Shown piece after piece: positions 19,868 to 29,937 of a DNA stretch of 64,000 nt. The stretch covers positions 1 through 64,000 of the forward strand of contig JBMSQQ010000004.1 in assembly GCA_049423385.1 (NCBI GenBank). Reading direction: 5' to 3'. The stretch's first letter is position 1, and each line of letters starts with the position of its first letter. Position numbers and translations under genes: made by a program. The notes under the pieces were generated by a model. That model worked only from the letters and a program-made list of their open reading frames with translations, searched no databases and was not told the DNA's origin. Source of the stretch: Silvanigrellaceae bacterium (GTDB taxonomy: Bacteria > Bdellovibrionota_B > Oligoflexia > Silvanigrellales > Silvanigrellaceae).

Positions 19868-20890
19868 ATGGGCGTTTGGGCTGCGTCCGCAACAATGATG
19901 TTGCTTCCTCCACCGGATGCAACGCACATTCGCCACAACATGCCCAATACTTTTTCCAGACAGGCCGATGCGAGTGCAATCCGAGTGCCTGTCGGTCCGA
20001 ATGCCCTGCCAGTGATTGGCGCCAATCGACTGTTCACAAAAGACGAATTCAATCAGCTCTGGTCTACATTCTTTTCAAGCCCAATCAACTCGCCAGACTG
20101 CGGCAAACCTCTTGATTTGAAGGGGAGCGATCGAAAGCTCATTGCTGAGGATCTATTTCTCGTAAAGCTTCGAGGTTTCCGCGAGTCCATCTGCAATCCG
20201 GAATCCTGGTACATTTCTGCCATGAGAATTGATCCCTGTCGCATCAGGGTACTCAAGGAAAATCGTTCCAGGTCGGCAATCAAGTCGTGTTCGATGAATG
20301 GAAAATTCCAGGAATTGAGATTTGTTTTGCAGCCGGTCGAAAACACGGATCGTGGGCTTGTCTTCCCGGATGTTGCTCTGCATGTCGCCTTGAGTTTTGG
20401 CAAGTTTGAACAAATTCTCAAGGTTTGGCGCGACGCGCGTCCCGAAAAAATTGTCTCTGCGGCGCGTCGCCTGGGAGTCTGGAACGACGTGGCACTTTTT
20501 CTCGGTGGTGCAGGCCTTGAGCGGTGGACGTTTTCCCGGGTGAAGTTCGTTGAAGGGAAATGGCAACAGGATCGTCTCGCACACGGAGGATTCCATGAAT
20601 CCTTGAGTGATGCCGAAGCCGATGGGACCAGCGTTCAGACCGACAGGCCTGCGGACGAGCCGCGGCTCAGCGACGTTCAACTCATGAATCCAATGCTCAT
20701 CAATCCCCTCCAGGGAAGTTGCATTCAGTGCCATCTGGCAGACAAAAACAGACCTGTTCGCGTGTTCCGGCAGTTGGGCTGGGGGCTTTCCGGCGAACCC
20801 GTGGTATCTGCAAGGGTTCTGAAGGAATCGCGATTTTCTGCAAGCGAACTCAATATCATTGGCAATGGCAAGTCTCCGAAGCAGCGCTGA
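19868..20890 (+). CDS. Hypothetical protein with a single CxxCH motif
   Basis: CIQCH near the C-terminus; 13 bp downstream of the previous gene. Confidence 0.7.
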   Translation: MGVWAASATMMLLPPPDATHIRHNMPNTFSRQADASAIRVPVGPNALPVIGANRLFTKDEFNQLWSTFFSSPINSPDCGKPLDLKGSDRKLIAEDLFLVKLRGFRESICNPESWYISAMRIDPCRIRVLKENRSRSAIKSCSMNGKFQELRFVLQPVENTDRGLVFPDVALHVALSFGKFEQILKVWRDARPEKIVSAARRLGVWNDVALFLGGAGLERWTFSRVKFVEGKWQQDRLAHGGFHESLSDAEADGTSVQTDRPADEPRLSDVQLMNPMLINPLQGSCIQCHLADKNRPVRVFRQLGWGLSGEPVVSARVLKESRFSASELNIIGNGKSPKQR

Positions 20891-20994
20891 AAGTGTCTAA
20901 AAGTTCTACAGTTCAGGCACGTTTTTCTTCTTGCCCCCACCTGTATTCACCTCTACCTGCTCCTCAGCGATTGCTCATGATGTTTGGAAAATAA

Positions 20995-23900
20995 ATGAGA
21001 CTTATTCTGCTTCTGCAAATTCTTATCGGATTTTTGCTTTCACCTTCGGCGCTTGCAGCAGAAGGCATTGGTCCAATGCTTCAGAATGAAATCGAGGCAA
21101 CATTCCTTGAAGATGGCAGGGTTTCGCCAGCCAAAATTGAAAGATTCAAACTCAATCTGCGCTCGGCAGAGGCGGAAATTCACAAGAGCCTTGTCGACTA
21201 TTACATCAATGTTGGAAACAAGTCGCCTGAGGAAGCTGAGCGCAAAGCGTCGTCCACATCCATCGCCAAAGCTTACGATCGCCTTCAGGCCATCACTTCA
21301 TCATTGAGCCAGTCCAGCGGAGCAGACGTCTACAGATGGGGCGCAGCTGCTTTGCATTTGGGATATTCGGTCCGGTCCGAAGGCCGCTGGATGGATTATG
21401 AAGAGATCGCAGGTTATGCAAAAGGCGTGTTCAAGCGATACCAGGTCAAGCGTCGCAACAAGGATCAGTCTGAAGCATCCAATCTTTGGAGTCCTTCCGA
21501 ATCCAGATTCTACAGCCAGTCCGAGCTCATGGAACTCAAATCCAGAGGAGTCGATGTGTCGACTCTCAATCCTCTCGGTGATGGTTCCTATTGGACAAAT
21601 GTGAACATTCCATCCGAAAAAATGCAGAACACATTTCAAAAAGCTTCGCCCCTGTATCGCAATTCAAAATTTGTCTTTCCATCAGACGGAGCAACGGTTC
21701 AGTTCGACGAGGTGAAGCGCTCTCAGAGTCGGCCCAAATTCGACGTCACCTGGAATGTCGATGGAAAGAAGAAAAAATTAAAATTGAAATTCCTCAGCGA
21801 GACAAACAGCGAAGTCACGGCTGCGACACTTTTGGCAGCCTTGGGATTCAACACGGATCCGTCGCAACGCATTCGAAACGTCACAGTCCGCTTCAAGGAT
21901 GGCGAAAAGCCTTTATTTCATCGTGATCTTGAGAGTTATTATAGTTTTTGGGAAATGCAGAATGCAGTTGTGGCCGATGGTCGCGACGAAAAAGGCGATT
22001 ACATCATCTTGCGTGAGGCATTGCTGGAAGCTCGCAGTGAAGATCTGGTTCGCGTCGGAGCGTGGTCATACACCCGCAATGGTCATCCGGAAACCCGCGA
22101 AGTGCGAGCACTTCCGGTTTTCATGGCTTGGATCGCAAACAACGACATGAAGGAATCCGGCCAGAACAAGGCAGTGTTTGAGCAGGACTCGGAACTGCAG
22201 AAGATGTTCTTCGTGTCCGGAGATTTGGGCTGGTCATTTGGTAGTTTCCTGATGCCGGAAACGGTGTCCTGGTTCAAGTGGAACATCATCAAGGACGTGC
22301 GGGAGGATTCAGTTTCCTTCAACTATCTGACATGGCTCTACAGTGATTTGTTTCAGTTCACGACCTGGGATGATGCCCGCTGGATGATTCGCCTGATTGC
22401 CCAGCTTTCGCGTGAGCAGATCCGTGCGGCTGTGATTGCAGGTCAGTGGGACCCCAAGGTTGAAAATGTCCTGGTTGAAAAACTGGTCGCCCGCAGGAAC
22501 CAGCTGGTCAAGGTTTTTGAGCTTGATCGAGAGTTTCCGCAACTGAACGTCAACGACAGCGTTGCACCAGCTGATCCGAGTGCCGAGATGGATTGGCAGG
22601 TCAACGGTGGCCTTGCAGGTGGCAACGCACCCGGATCGCATCAGCGTTTGCTCGACATCGTTCAATCGATGAGCAGGCCTGTCTTTGATTATCTTGGACC
22701 ATCACTCATGAGAATTCACACGGGTCTCATCAACGCGGCACTCGACAAGGCGGTGAAGCCCGTGACCGAGATTCGCATTTCAGGTGACGACCTGGCAGGA
22801 CTCGGATTGCCTTTTGCCGCCGGCGTGATTTTGCGGCTGCACCGTTCCATTGTGCGAAACGAAGAGCCGCGCAGCATGGACGAACGTTTTCTCGTCCACG
22901 ACCAGGTTGTGATTGGCTGGACGCTGGGTACGGAAATCGCGAGTGTCGGGAGTTCCATCACCTACTACCGGAGTTTCAATCTGGTTTATCCCGTCAGGAA
23001 GCAGAGCGAGGGAGTCTTCAAGGCTGCTTATCTTCCGGCACTGCTGATGCCATATTCTCCGGGTCAATTCAGGCTTCCCAACAAGCATTCGTTGTTGATT
23101 GAAGATTATGTTGAGGGGCGCGGCAGCATTGGTGTCAGCGGCCAGTCGACAGTTGATTTGAACGCGGAGGCGAGTCTTTCCAGGGTTTACTTGAAGCGCA
23201 CGCTTGTGAGCGACCGCGCTGATGGCAAGGTCGATATTCTTCTCGACAACTCCCATTACACGGATCTGAGCGCGAAAGTTGCAGCCGTGTTGCGGGTCGC
23301 TTTTGTCGAAATCGATTTTCCATTCTTCGACGGCACCCTTCGCAAGGGAAGCATCGACAGGGAATTGTGGTCTCTGCCTGCGAACAATCCGGAGTCGAAG
23401 GTGCGGGCCCGGACGGCACTCCAACTTGTCACAACGGCGATGCGCACGGACTATTTGCCACAGCTTGCCTCCCGCAAGCAGATTGATGCCGATTATGTGA
23501 TGCGCAAATGGGGATTCAATCTGTTCAGTCTGGTCACATCGCTTGACACTCGAACCACTGCCGATGTTGATGAACTCGACAGCAATTCCGGAGCTGGCGT
23601 TGTCAAAAGTTTCCAGATTGAAAACGTCAGCGAGTCGCTTTGGAGATACCCCATCTTCGACGTCATGGAACGGGATACCGTGAAGAGCTTTTACCTTGGT
23701 ATCAAGAACGAGGAAGGTGGATTCGATGACACGGTTGTCGGCCTCAACATCCGTTCGTGGGATTCTGCAACCACTTCGCAGGAATTGCGGCAGGATTATG
23801 TCCAGCTCGCACAAAAGTCGGCAGCTGATGCCAATTTCATTGTCTTCACGCCAGAACTTCACACCAACAAGGACCAATGGGGAGCAGTTGTCACAATGGT

Positions 23901-24432
23901 CGACGTGTTGTTGTACCAAAGTGCAATCGACGTGCTTTTTGCGGTTTCAGAGGAAAAGTGGTGGAGCGAATTCACCCGTCTGACAAAAATTGTTCCGCAA
24001 AGGGGGCGCGACGCAACGACCTCTGCGACAGAGGCAGCGCTCGTTGCGGGTTTCAAGAACTTCCTCGCGCAATTGGAAAATGCCCGTCGCGCGCGGGATG
24101 CAAGAAGCAAGGCAAAATTCCTGACCCAAGCCCTGGGCAATACGGCTGTGACCGCAAGTTTGACCTCGGGTATCAAGGGAGACCTGATTGGCGTTGTGCT
24201 TTCCCAATTACCGGAAGACAGTTATTTTCTTTCGGCAAAGATTACTTCACCCTTGTACAAGCAAAATATCTTTCCTCAGGAAAAACCGCTGGTGAATCGG
24301 CGTGGAACCCTGAAATATCGCGATGCACGCCTGCACGATTTTTCATTGAACACGATCTCGGTCATCTACAACTTTTTTGATTCGGTCATTCCCGAGGGCG
24401 GCATTGTTCCAAGTGTTGAATATCCCTTCTGA
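20995..24432 (+). CDS. Large secreted protein with putative atypical protein-kinase-like domain
   Basis: Signal peptide ending ALA; KLK...SEV, NNDMKESGQN and DLGWSFG motifs. Confidence 0.75.
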   Translation: MRLILLLQILIGFLLSPSALAAEGIGPMLQNEIEATFLEDGRVSPAKIERFKLNLRSAEAEIHKSLVDYYINVGNKSPEEAERKASSTSIAKAYDRLQAITSSLSQSSGADVYRWGAAALHLGYSVRSEGRWMDYEEIAGYAKGVFKRYQVKRRNKDQSEASNLWSPSESRFYSQSELMELKSRGVDVSTLNPLGDGSYWTNVNIPSEKMQNTFQKASPLYRNSKFVFPSDGATVQFDEVKRSQSRPKFDVTWNVDGKKKKLKLKFLSETNSEVTAATLLAALGFNTDPSQRIRNVTVRFKDGEKPLFHRDLESYYSFWEMQNAVVADGRDEKGDYIILREALLEARSEDLVRVGAWSYTRNGHPETREVRALPVFMAWIANNDMKESGQNKAVFEQDSELQKMFFVSGDLGWSFGSFLMPETVSWFKWNIIKDVREDSVSFNYLTWLYSDLFQFTTWDDARWMIRLIAQLSREQIRAAVIAGQWDPKVENVLVEKLVARRNQLVKVFELDREFPQLNVNDSVAPADPSAEMDWQVNGGLAGGNAPGSHQRLLDIVQSMSRPVFDYLGPSLMRIHTGLINAALDKAVKPVTEIRISGDDLAGLGLPFAAGVILRLHRSIVRNEEPRSMDERFLVHDQVVIGWTLGTEIASVGSSITYYRSFNLVYPVRKQSEGVFKAAYLPALLMPYSPGQFRLPNKHSLLIEDYVEGRGSIGVSGQSTVDLNAEASLSRVYLKRTLVSDRADGKVDILLDNSHYTDLSAKVAAVLRVAFVEIDFPFFDGTLRKGSIDRELWSLPANNPESKVRARTALQLVTTAMRTDYLPQLASRKQIDADYVMRKWGFNLFSLVTSLDTRTTADVDELDSNSGAGVVKSFQIENVSESLWRYPIFDVMERDTVKSFYLGIKNEEGGFDDTVVGLNIRSWDSATTSQELRQDYVQLAQKSAADANFIVFTPELHTNKDQWGAVVTMVDVLLYQSAIDVLFAVSEEKWWSEFTRLTKIVPQRGRDATTSATEAALVAGFKNFLAQLENARRARDARSKAKFLTQALGNTAVTASLTSGIKGDLIGVVLSQLPEDSYFLSAKITSPLYKQNIFPQEKPLVNRRGTLKYRDARLHDFSLNTISVIYNFFDSVIPEGGIVPSVEYPF

Positions 24433-24535
24433 TGGCTTGCCCTTTTTAATTCGGTGATTGCCCAAAATATTGGGCAGTGTCTATTCCATCGACAGTTCTT
24501 TTCACAAAAAATCCAGTCATTTTGGGTTGATTGGT

Positions 24536-24551
24536 TGGCACTTTGCTTGCT
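24536..24551 (+). promoter_or_regulatory. Sigma-54 -24/-12 promoter upstream of the GH104 lysozyme gene
   Basis: TGGCACTTTGCTTGCT matches TGGCAC-N5-TTGC; about 45 bp before the ATG. Confidence 0.75.
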
Positions 24552-24595
24552 GACTCAATTCCGAATGTTTTTTTTTTCGACCTGGTGAGGACTTT

Positions 24596-25390
24596 ATGAT
24601 GCGCACAGGTTTTTATCTTGCATTGGCGGGCTTGATGTTCACCGCAGTGGGTTGTGGTCGTGCAGACGGCGTCGAGTCGGGATTGTTTGCCGCAGGAGAA
24701 ACCGGCGAGGCTTTTGTGTCAACAGGGTACACCAAGACCTTCTTGAAGAAGAACACCGAGTCTTCGTCAAACTTGACTGCCGGTTCGGAGAAGTGCGAAA
24801 TCCCTGCCGGAACGAAGATTGTCCTGCAGTCGCAGCCGGAATACGAAGGCAATCACATGTTCGTCAAGACAGTCGATTTGCTTCCTGGATGCAGTTTTCA
24901 CAATGGCTACATTTTCAGGGATCACATCTCAAAAACAAGTTTGAAGAATCTTTTCTCTTCGAACATGCGTGCATTCCTGGACACCATCGCTTTTGCCGAA
25001 GGCACGGGTGATCGTTACGATTACATTTTCAGCTTCGCGACATTTTCAAGTTTTTCTGGTCATCCGCGCCGTCTGATCTGCTCGGGTGGGTATTGTTCCG
25101 ATGCAGCAGGGCGTTATCAGATCAAGTCGACGACCTGGGACGAAGTACGCCGCGAACTTGGACTCACAAACTTCTCACCCGAGAGTCAGGACAGGGCAGC
25201 TGTTCAGCTGATCAAGTGGCGCGGTGGTTACGACGATGTCGAGCGTATCGATGGTCCCAACAGTTTCGGCAACGCTCTCTACACCGTCAGATACGAATGG
25301 GCTTCGCTTCCCCACAGCCCTTACGGCCAGCCGATCAAGTCGGAGGGTCAGCTTTGGGAGAAATTCAAACAATTCAAGCAACGCTATTGA
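24596..25390 (+). CDS. Glycoside hydrolase family 104 (lambda-type lysozyme) lipoprotein
   Basis: Lipobox AVGC; RAFLDTIAFAEGT, SDAAGRYQI, FSPESQDRAA, EWASLP..YGQP. Confidence 0.9.
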   Translation: MMRTGFYLALAGLMFTAVGCGRADGVESGLFAAGETGEAFVSTGYTKTFLKKNTESSSNLTAGSEKCEIPAGTKIVLQSQPEYEGNHMFVKTVDLLPGCSFHNGYIFRDHISKTSLKNLFSSNMRAFLDTIAFAEGTGDRYDYIFSFATFSSFSGHPRRLICSGGYCSDAAGRYQIKSTTWDEVRRELGLTNFSPESQDRAAVQLIKWRGGYDDVERIDGPNSFGNALYTVRYEWASLPHSPYGQPIKSEGQLWEKFKQFKQRY

Positions 25391-25394
25391 GTGT

Positions 25395-27026
25395 TCAGTG
25401 AGCCCGACCGTCGTGCATGGATGACGTCAGGTACTCCGAGAAACCGCCTTCATAGATCTGCATTTCACCATGGTCGATACGAAAGACCCGATTGGTGACC
25501 TGTGCAAGGAAGTGGCGGTCGTGGCTCACAATGATCAGTGTCCCTTCAAAATCCCGCAGTGCATCCATGAGAATTTCTCGCGAGCGAATGTCAAGATGGT
25601 TGGTTGGCTCGTCGAGGATGATGAAATTCACCGGACGGATCAGGATGCAAGCCAACACAACCCGACTTTTCTCACCACCCGAAAGCACCGAAATCTTTTT
25701 ATTGACCTCGTCATCTGAAAACAAAAACGATCCCAGCAGCGTTTTGAGTGTTCCTATGGATGCATTGGGTGCGACTGTCTGGAGCTGCTCGAGAATTGTT
25801 GAATTCGGATTCAAGACCTCGAGCGCGTGCTGGCTGAAATAACCAACCTCAAGGCTCGCACCCAGCGAGCAGTTGCCTTCGGTCGGTTCTGTTTGACCAG
25901 CAATGATTTTGAGCAGCGTGCTTTTTCCGGCACCGTTGATTCCGACGAGGGCGATCTTATCGAGCCGCTTGACGAGTCCTGAAACTCCCGAAAAGACCCT
26001 TTTGCTGCGCCCGTCTGCAGAATTCCACTCTTTGGCCACAGCCGAGAACTTCACCACGTCATCGCCGCTGCGCGGAGGTTTGTTGAATTGGAATCGAACG
26101 GCTTTTTCCTCTGGCGGAATTTCGATGCGATCGATTTTGTCGAGTTTTTTGACCCGGCTTTGAACTTGTGCCGCGTGACTGGCTCGCGCGGCGAACTTGG
26201 CGATGAATTCTTCTTCCTTGGAGAGCATTTCTTGTTGGCGCTTGTAGGATGCCAGCAGTTGTTCTTTGCGGATCTCACGCTCGCGCTCGTAGAAGTCGTA
26301 ATTTCCTGTGTAGGTGGTGATGCCACCATTGGCGATTTCGACGATTTTACTCACAACACGATTCATGAACGTCCGGTCATGGCTCGTCATAATCAAGATG
26401 CCTTTGTAATCCACCAGCCATTCCTCGAGCCACATGATGGATTCCAAATCGAGGTGGTTGGTGGGCTCGTCCATCAGCAATGCGTCGGGTTTGAGCAGAA
26501 GGATGCGGGCGAGTGCAATGCGCATTTTCCAGCCGCCGCTGAAGTGATTCACCGAGCGTTGAAAATCATCGAGAGTGAAGCCAAGACCACTGAGAATTTC
26601 CTGGGCACGCACGTCGAGGTCATAACCACCCCGGGCTTCAAAGGTCGCCTGTGCGTCGCCGTATTCTTCCAGCAGTTTTGCCATTTCATCGTCGTCCATG
26701 GGTTCGCCAAGGCGAATTTCCATTTCCCCAATTCTTGTTTTGAGGAGAGCCAGATCCTCGACTCCGGCCATGGTTTCTTCAAGCACCGTGCGGCCACTCA
26801 TGTCGCCCACGTCCTGGGAGAAATATCCGAGCGTGAGAGAATTGGGTCGGATCAATTGACCATTGTCGACACTGTCTTCGCCGGTGAGAATGCGGAAGAT
26901 GGTGGTCTTGCCGGCACCGTTGGGGCCCACGAGTCCGATCTTGTCGCCTGGTTGGGCCTGAAAACTGGCGTTGGAGTAGAGGGTGCGCCCACCCTGGTTT
27001 TTGGTGACGTTCGACAATCCAAGCAC
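25395..27026 (-). CDS. ABC-F family ATP-binding protein
   Basis: Two ABC domains (GPNGAGKT, SGGW, DEPTNHLD; GINGAGKS, LSGGE, DEPTNHLD) and no transmembrane segments. Confidence 0.95.
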   Translation of the reverse strand: MLGLSNVTKNQGGRTLYSNASFQAQPGDKIGLVGPNGAGKTTIFRILTGEDSVDNGQLIRPNSLTLGYFSQDVGDMSGRTVLEETMAGVEDLALLKTRIGEMEIRLGEPMDDDEMAKLLEEYGDAQATFEARGGYDLDVRAQEILSGLGFTLDDFQRSVNHFSGGWKMRIALARILLLKPDALLMDEPTNHLDLESIMWLEEWLVDYKGILIMTSHDRTFMNRVVSKIVEIANGGITTYTGNYDFYEREREIRKEQLLASYKRQQEMLSKEEEFIAKFAARASHAAQVQSRVKKLDKIDRIEIPPEEKAVRFQFNKPPRSGDDVVKFSAVAKEWNSADGRSKRVFSGVSGLVKRLDKIALVGINGAGKSTLLKIIAGQTEPTEGNCSLGASLEVGYFSQHALEVLNPNSTILEQLQTVAPNASIGTLKTLLGSFLFSDDEVNKKISVLSGGEKSRVVLACILIRPVNFIILDEPTNHLDIRSREILMDALRDFEGTLIIVSHDRHFLAQVTNRVFRIDHGEMQIYEGGFSEYLTSSMHDGRAH

Positions 27027-27094
27027 TGTGCCAATCCCCGCAAAAAATGAATGCCGAAGTCTATTGTTTTTTTTCCGGGGGAGGTCAAGGATTC

Positions 27095-27904
27095 TTAGAT
27101 TTTTTCAAGAAATTCCGGGACCTTTTCACTGGCAAGCCCGTGCAGGTGGGCATGAAATGTGCTCGCATTCTCCGGGGGTTCAAGATTGATGCAAACGGTA
27201 TGGGCGCCGGCTTTGCGGGCAACCGACACAAAGCCTGCTGCGGGATAAACGTTTCCACTTGTGCCGATCGAAACAAACAAATCGCAGTTTGTGAGGAGTT
27301 CGATGGCTCGTTCAACGCCAAAAGGTCTTTCGCCAAACCAGACGATATCCGGCCTGAGAAGCTGAGAGCAGCAAGGTGAAAGTGGCAGTCCCTGTGGATT
27401 CCTGCGTGGCACCGTGAGCAGGCATTGAAGACTCGTATTCGACCACAGATTGTCGCCATGCCTTTCCGTGGTGCGTCCTTCGTGATCAAAATATGCCCAA
27501 CGATCGGAAAACAATTTGTTGCATTTCGTGCAGCGGGATCGCGAAAGCGATCCATGAATGTCTATGAAGTTTTTGTCCGGAAGTGCTCCGAAGGCGCGTT
27601 CGTGGAGAGTGTCGACGTTCTGTGTGATCAGAAATGCCTTCGACGTACTTTTGCTGATGGCCTGCAGAGTGCTTGCCAATGCGATGTGGGCTTTGTTTGG
27701 TTGCACCTCGTTCGCTTGAATTCTGCGCAGCGAATAAAACTTCCAAACAAGCGCAGGGTCGCGTTGAAAGCCTTGAAGGCTCGCAACATCGTCGACTTTG
27801 TGATCTTCCCAAAGGCCTTGGCTGTCACGGAAAGTCCGAACGCCGCTTTCAGCCGAGATACCTGCTCCCGTAAGAAAGACGATGCGTTTGTATTTGAATT
27901 CCAT
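27095..27904 (-). CDS. cobB: NAD-dependent protein deacylase (sirtuin)
   Basis: GAGISAESG, TQNVD, HGS, Zn-binding Cys pairs, RPDIVWFGE, GTSGNVYPAA. Confidence 0.93.
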   Translation of the reverse strand: MEFKYKRIVFLTGAGISAESGVRTFRDSQGLWEDHKVDDVASLQGFQRDPALVWKFYSLRRIQANEVQPNKAHIALASTLQAISKSTSKAFLITQNVDTLHERAFGALPDKNFIDIHGSLSRSRCTKCNKLFSDRWAYFDHEGRTTERHGDNLWSNTSLQCLLTVPRRNPQGLPLSPCCSQLLRPDIVWFGERPFGVERAIELLTNCDLFVSIGTSGNVYPAAGFVSVARKAGAHTVCINLEPPENASTFHAHLHGLASEKVPEFLEKI

Positions 27905-28034
27905 GTTCGGACTTCCCCCTGCAGACGTCCTTCGATAGTTTCACAGTGTTTCCGATTTTCAACTCAACAGGCTGGTACACTCCCGAGGAACTGATTGTTT
28001 TGTGACGGATCAGTCTGGGAGCGGAGGAGATGAC

Positions 28035-28382
28035 ATGAATCCCGCATTGACATCGATACTGATGCTTGCATTGAGCAGTGCTGTCATGACCGTTGCCTGG
28101 TATGCACATCTCAGGTTCAAGGAGACACCACTTTGGATCGCTGTGGTTGGCAGTTGGCTGATAGCATTTGTCGAGTATTCGTTGCAGGTGCCTGCAAATC
28201 GAATTGGTCATGCCGTGATGTCTGCAGCACAGCTGAGGATCGTTGCTGAATTCTTTACACTTGTGGCGTTTATGGGATTCTCGATTTTCTACCTGCGCGA
28301 ACCGATGACACTCAATTATCTTGTGAGTTTTGGATTGGTGCTGGCAGCCGTTTATTTTGCGTTCTGGGGGCCCTTCAAGTAG
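28035..28382 (+). CDS. DMT family small membrane protein
   Basis: MTVAWYAHL, SWLIAFVEYSLQVPANRIG; four TM segments; GGAGG RBS. Confidence 0.85.
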   Translation: MNPALTSILMLALSSAVMTVAWYAHLRFKETPLWIAVVGSWLIAFVEYSLQVPANRIGHAVMSAAQLRIVAEFFTLVAFMGFSIFYLREPMTLNYLVSFGLVLAAVYFAFWGPFK

Positions 28383-28416
28383 CCGCGCCTTGCTTTACCA
28401 TTTGCATGGAATGCCA

Positions 28417-28833
28417 TTACTCCCGGCAACCCAGACCTTCCCGATGAGCAAAAGTCTCATCAATCAGTTTGTCGAGAAGTGCCGTGTCGCCCGAGTCTTG
28501 CAATTGTGCTTGCATCAACAGAGCGCGCTCGTCCTTGAGTGCATCACACGCGTGTTTCAGATGGGTGTTTTCGATGGATGGATTGGTGGCAAGTCTTGCG
28601 TTCCTGATTTTGAAGACGGTGAAATCGACCCTGCTTTTCACTTCCGCTGCCCAAGTTTCGCTCATTCGACTGAGGAGTTTCGACTGTTCCAATAATTCGG
28701 CTTCAATTTTTGGCAATGTTGTGTCGCGCCAATCGGCTTGAGCCAATGCGGCGATCGACAGTCCAATCACAAGGCAGAGGCCCTTCGCAAAAAATGATTT
28801 GGAAGATTCTTGCCGAAAAGATTTGCTCTTCAT
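28417..28833 (-). CDS. Secreted hypothetical protein
   Basis: Signal peptide ending AQA; helical mature region. Confidence 0.6.
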   Translation of the reverse strand: MKSKSFRQESSKSFFAKGLCLVIGLSIAALAQADWRDTTLPKIEAELLEQSKLLSRMSETWAAEVKSRVDFTVFKIRNARLATNPSIENTHLKHACDALKDERALLMQAQLQDSGDTALLDKLIDETFAHREGLGCRE

Positions 28834-29103
28834 GTCCTTGTCCTCAATTCAATGCCGGAATTGAACATTCATGATTCTCGAGAGGGCCAACGACCCAACG
28901 CATCTGTCGCTACGTCAAAGTAAAAAGCCTCGCAATAGCGAGTCTTTCGACACTGTCCAATCCTTGAACGGAGTCCGGGGAGGTTATTCCTGTGCTGTCC
29001 GGGTATCCATAAAACTGGCGGTTTGTTGCCCATTGGCTAAAATCACGGGTAAAATCCTGGACTCAGTGCAAGGATTTTTTTCTTGTGATCCGGGAGTTTC
29101 AAA

Positions 29104-29910
29104 GTGATTGCGTCACCGCCTGAATTGTCTCTCGAGTGGATACCGAAAGAATTCTCACGGGTGGTTGTTGTCTCGCCGCACATGGATGATGCCGTTCTGA
29201 GTTGTGGCGGCCTGTTGAATCAATTGCTCAAGACGATGGATTGCCTGACTGTGACAGTCTGCACCGGCGATCCTTCCGGTGTTGATCCTGCAAATCCACC
29301 ACACGGAATCGCTCTGCCATCCCAGCGCAGAAGTGAAGAGGTTGCTGCTTTGCGGGCGTTGGGTTGCGAGCTTGTGCAGTTGAATCTACTGGATGCGATT
29401 TACAGGGTGGATGTGCGCACGGGTATGCCGCTTTATCCGACAATGCAGTCCATTTGGACGATGCCACTTGAGTCCGATGAGGCTCACCGCAAGTCTTTGC
29501 ATGCCAATCTCTCGACCTATGTTGGAAAAAATCAGCGTCCGACCTTGTTCCTGGCGCCCATGGGCATAGGTCATCATGTCGATCATATTTTATGTACCCA
29601 GGTTGTCTTGTCGCTGGTGGCATCAACTGATCACGTTTTGCTTTTTGAAGATTTCCCCTACGTGGTCGACCAAGGTGCACACGTTGGAATTGCAGACAGT
29701 GCAGAGCATGCCCTGAAGCGCTTGAATCTTGTTGGGGAGCAAAGATTTGAACAGGAATGCCAAACCGGACTGAAGATGGAGTGGATTTCGTGGTATGAAT
29801 CCCAGATCGATTCCATCTTTGGCAGTCATGAAAACGTGAAAACCCTGCTGATGAAAAATGCTCGCAACGACAACACGATTGAACGCTTCTGGAAAGTCCG
29901 GAATGCGTAG
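29104..29910 (+). CDS. PIG-L family deacetylase
   Basis: SPHMDDAVLSCGG, RRSEE, GHHVDH, EDFPY. Confidence 0.9.
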   Translation: MIASPPELSLEWIPKEFSRVVVVSPHMDDAVLSCGGLLNQLLKTMDCLTVTVCTGDPSGVDPANPPHGIALPSQRRSEEVAALRALGCELVQLNLLDAIYRVDVRTGMPLYPTMQSIWTMPLESDEAHRKSLHANLSTYVGKNQRPTLFLAPMGIGHHVDHILCTQVVLSLVASTDHVLLFEDFPYVVDQGAHVGIADSAEHALKRLNLVGEQRFEQECQTGLKMEWISWYESQIDSIFGSHENVKTLLMKNARNDNTIERFWKVRNA

Positions 29911-29937
29911 GACATCAACTCGATTCCAGGAAGTGCC

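Noticed and set aside
24596..25390. Lambda-type lysozyme as a prophage remnant
   Set aside because: It has a lipoprotein signal and a sigma-54-type promoter, and no holin or other phage genes are nearby
27095..27904. Sirtuin as part of an anti-phage system
   Set aside because: It has the canonical CobB motifs with a zinc finger and no defence partner gene nearby
29016..29029. TGGC...TTGC upstream of the PIG-L gene as a sigma-54 promoter
   Set aside because: The spacer is 6 nt instead of the required 7
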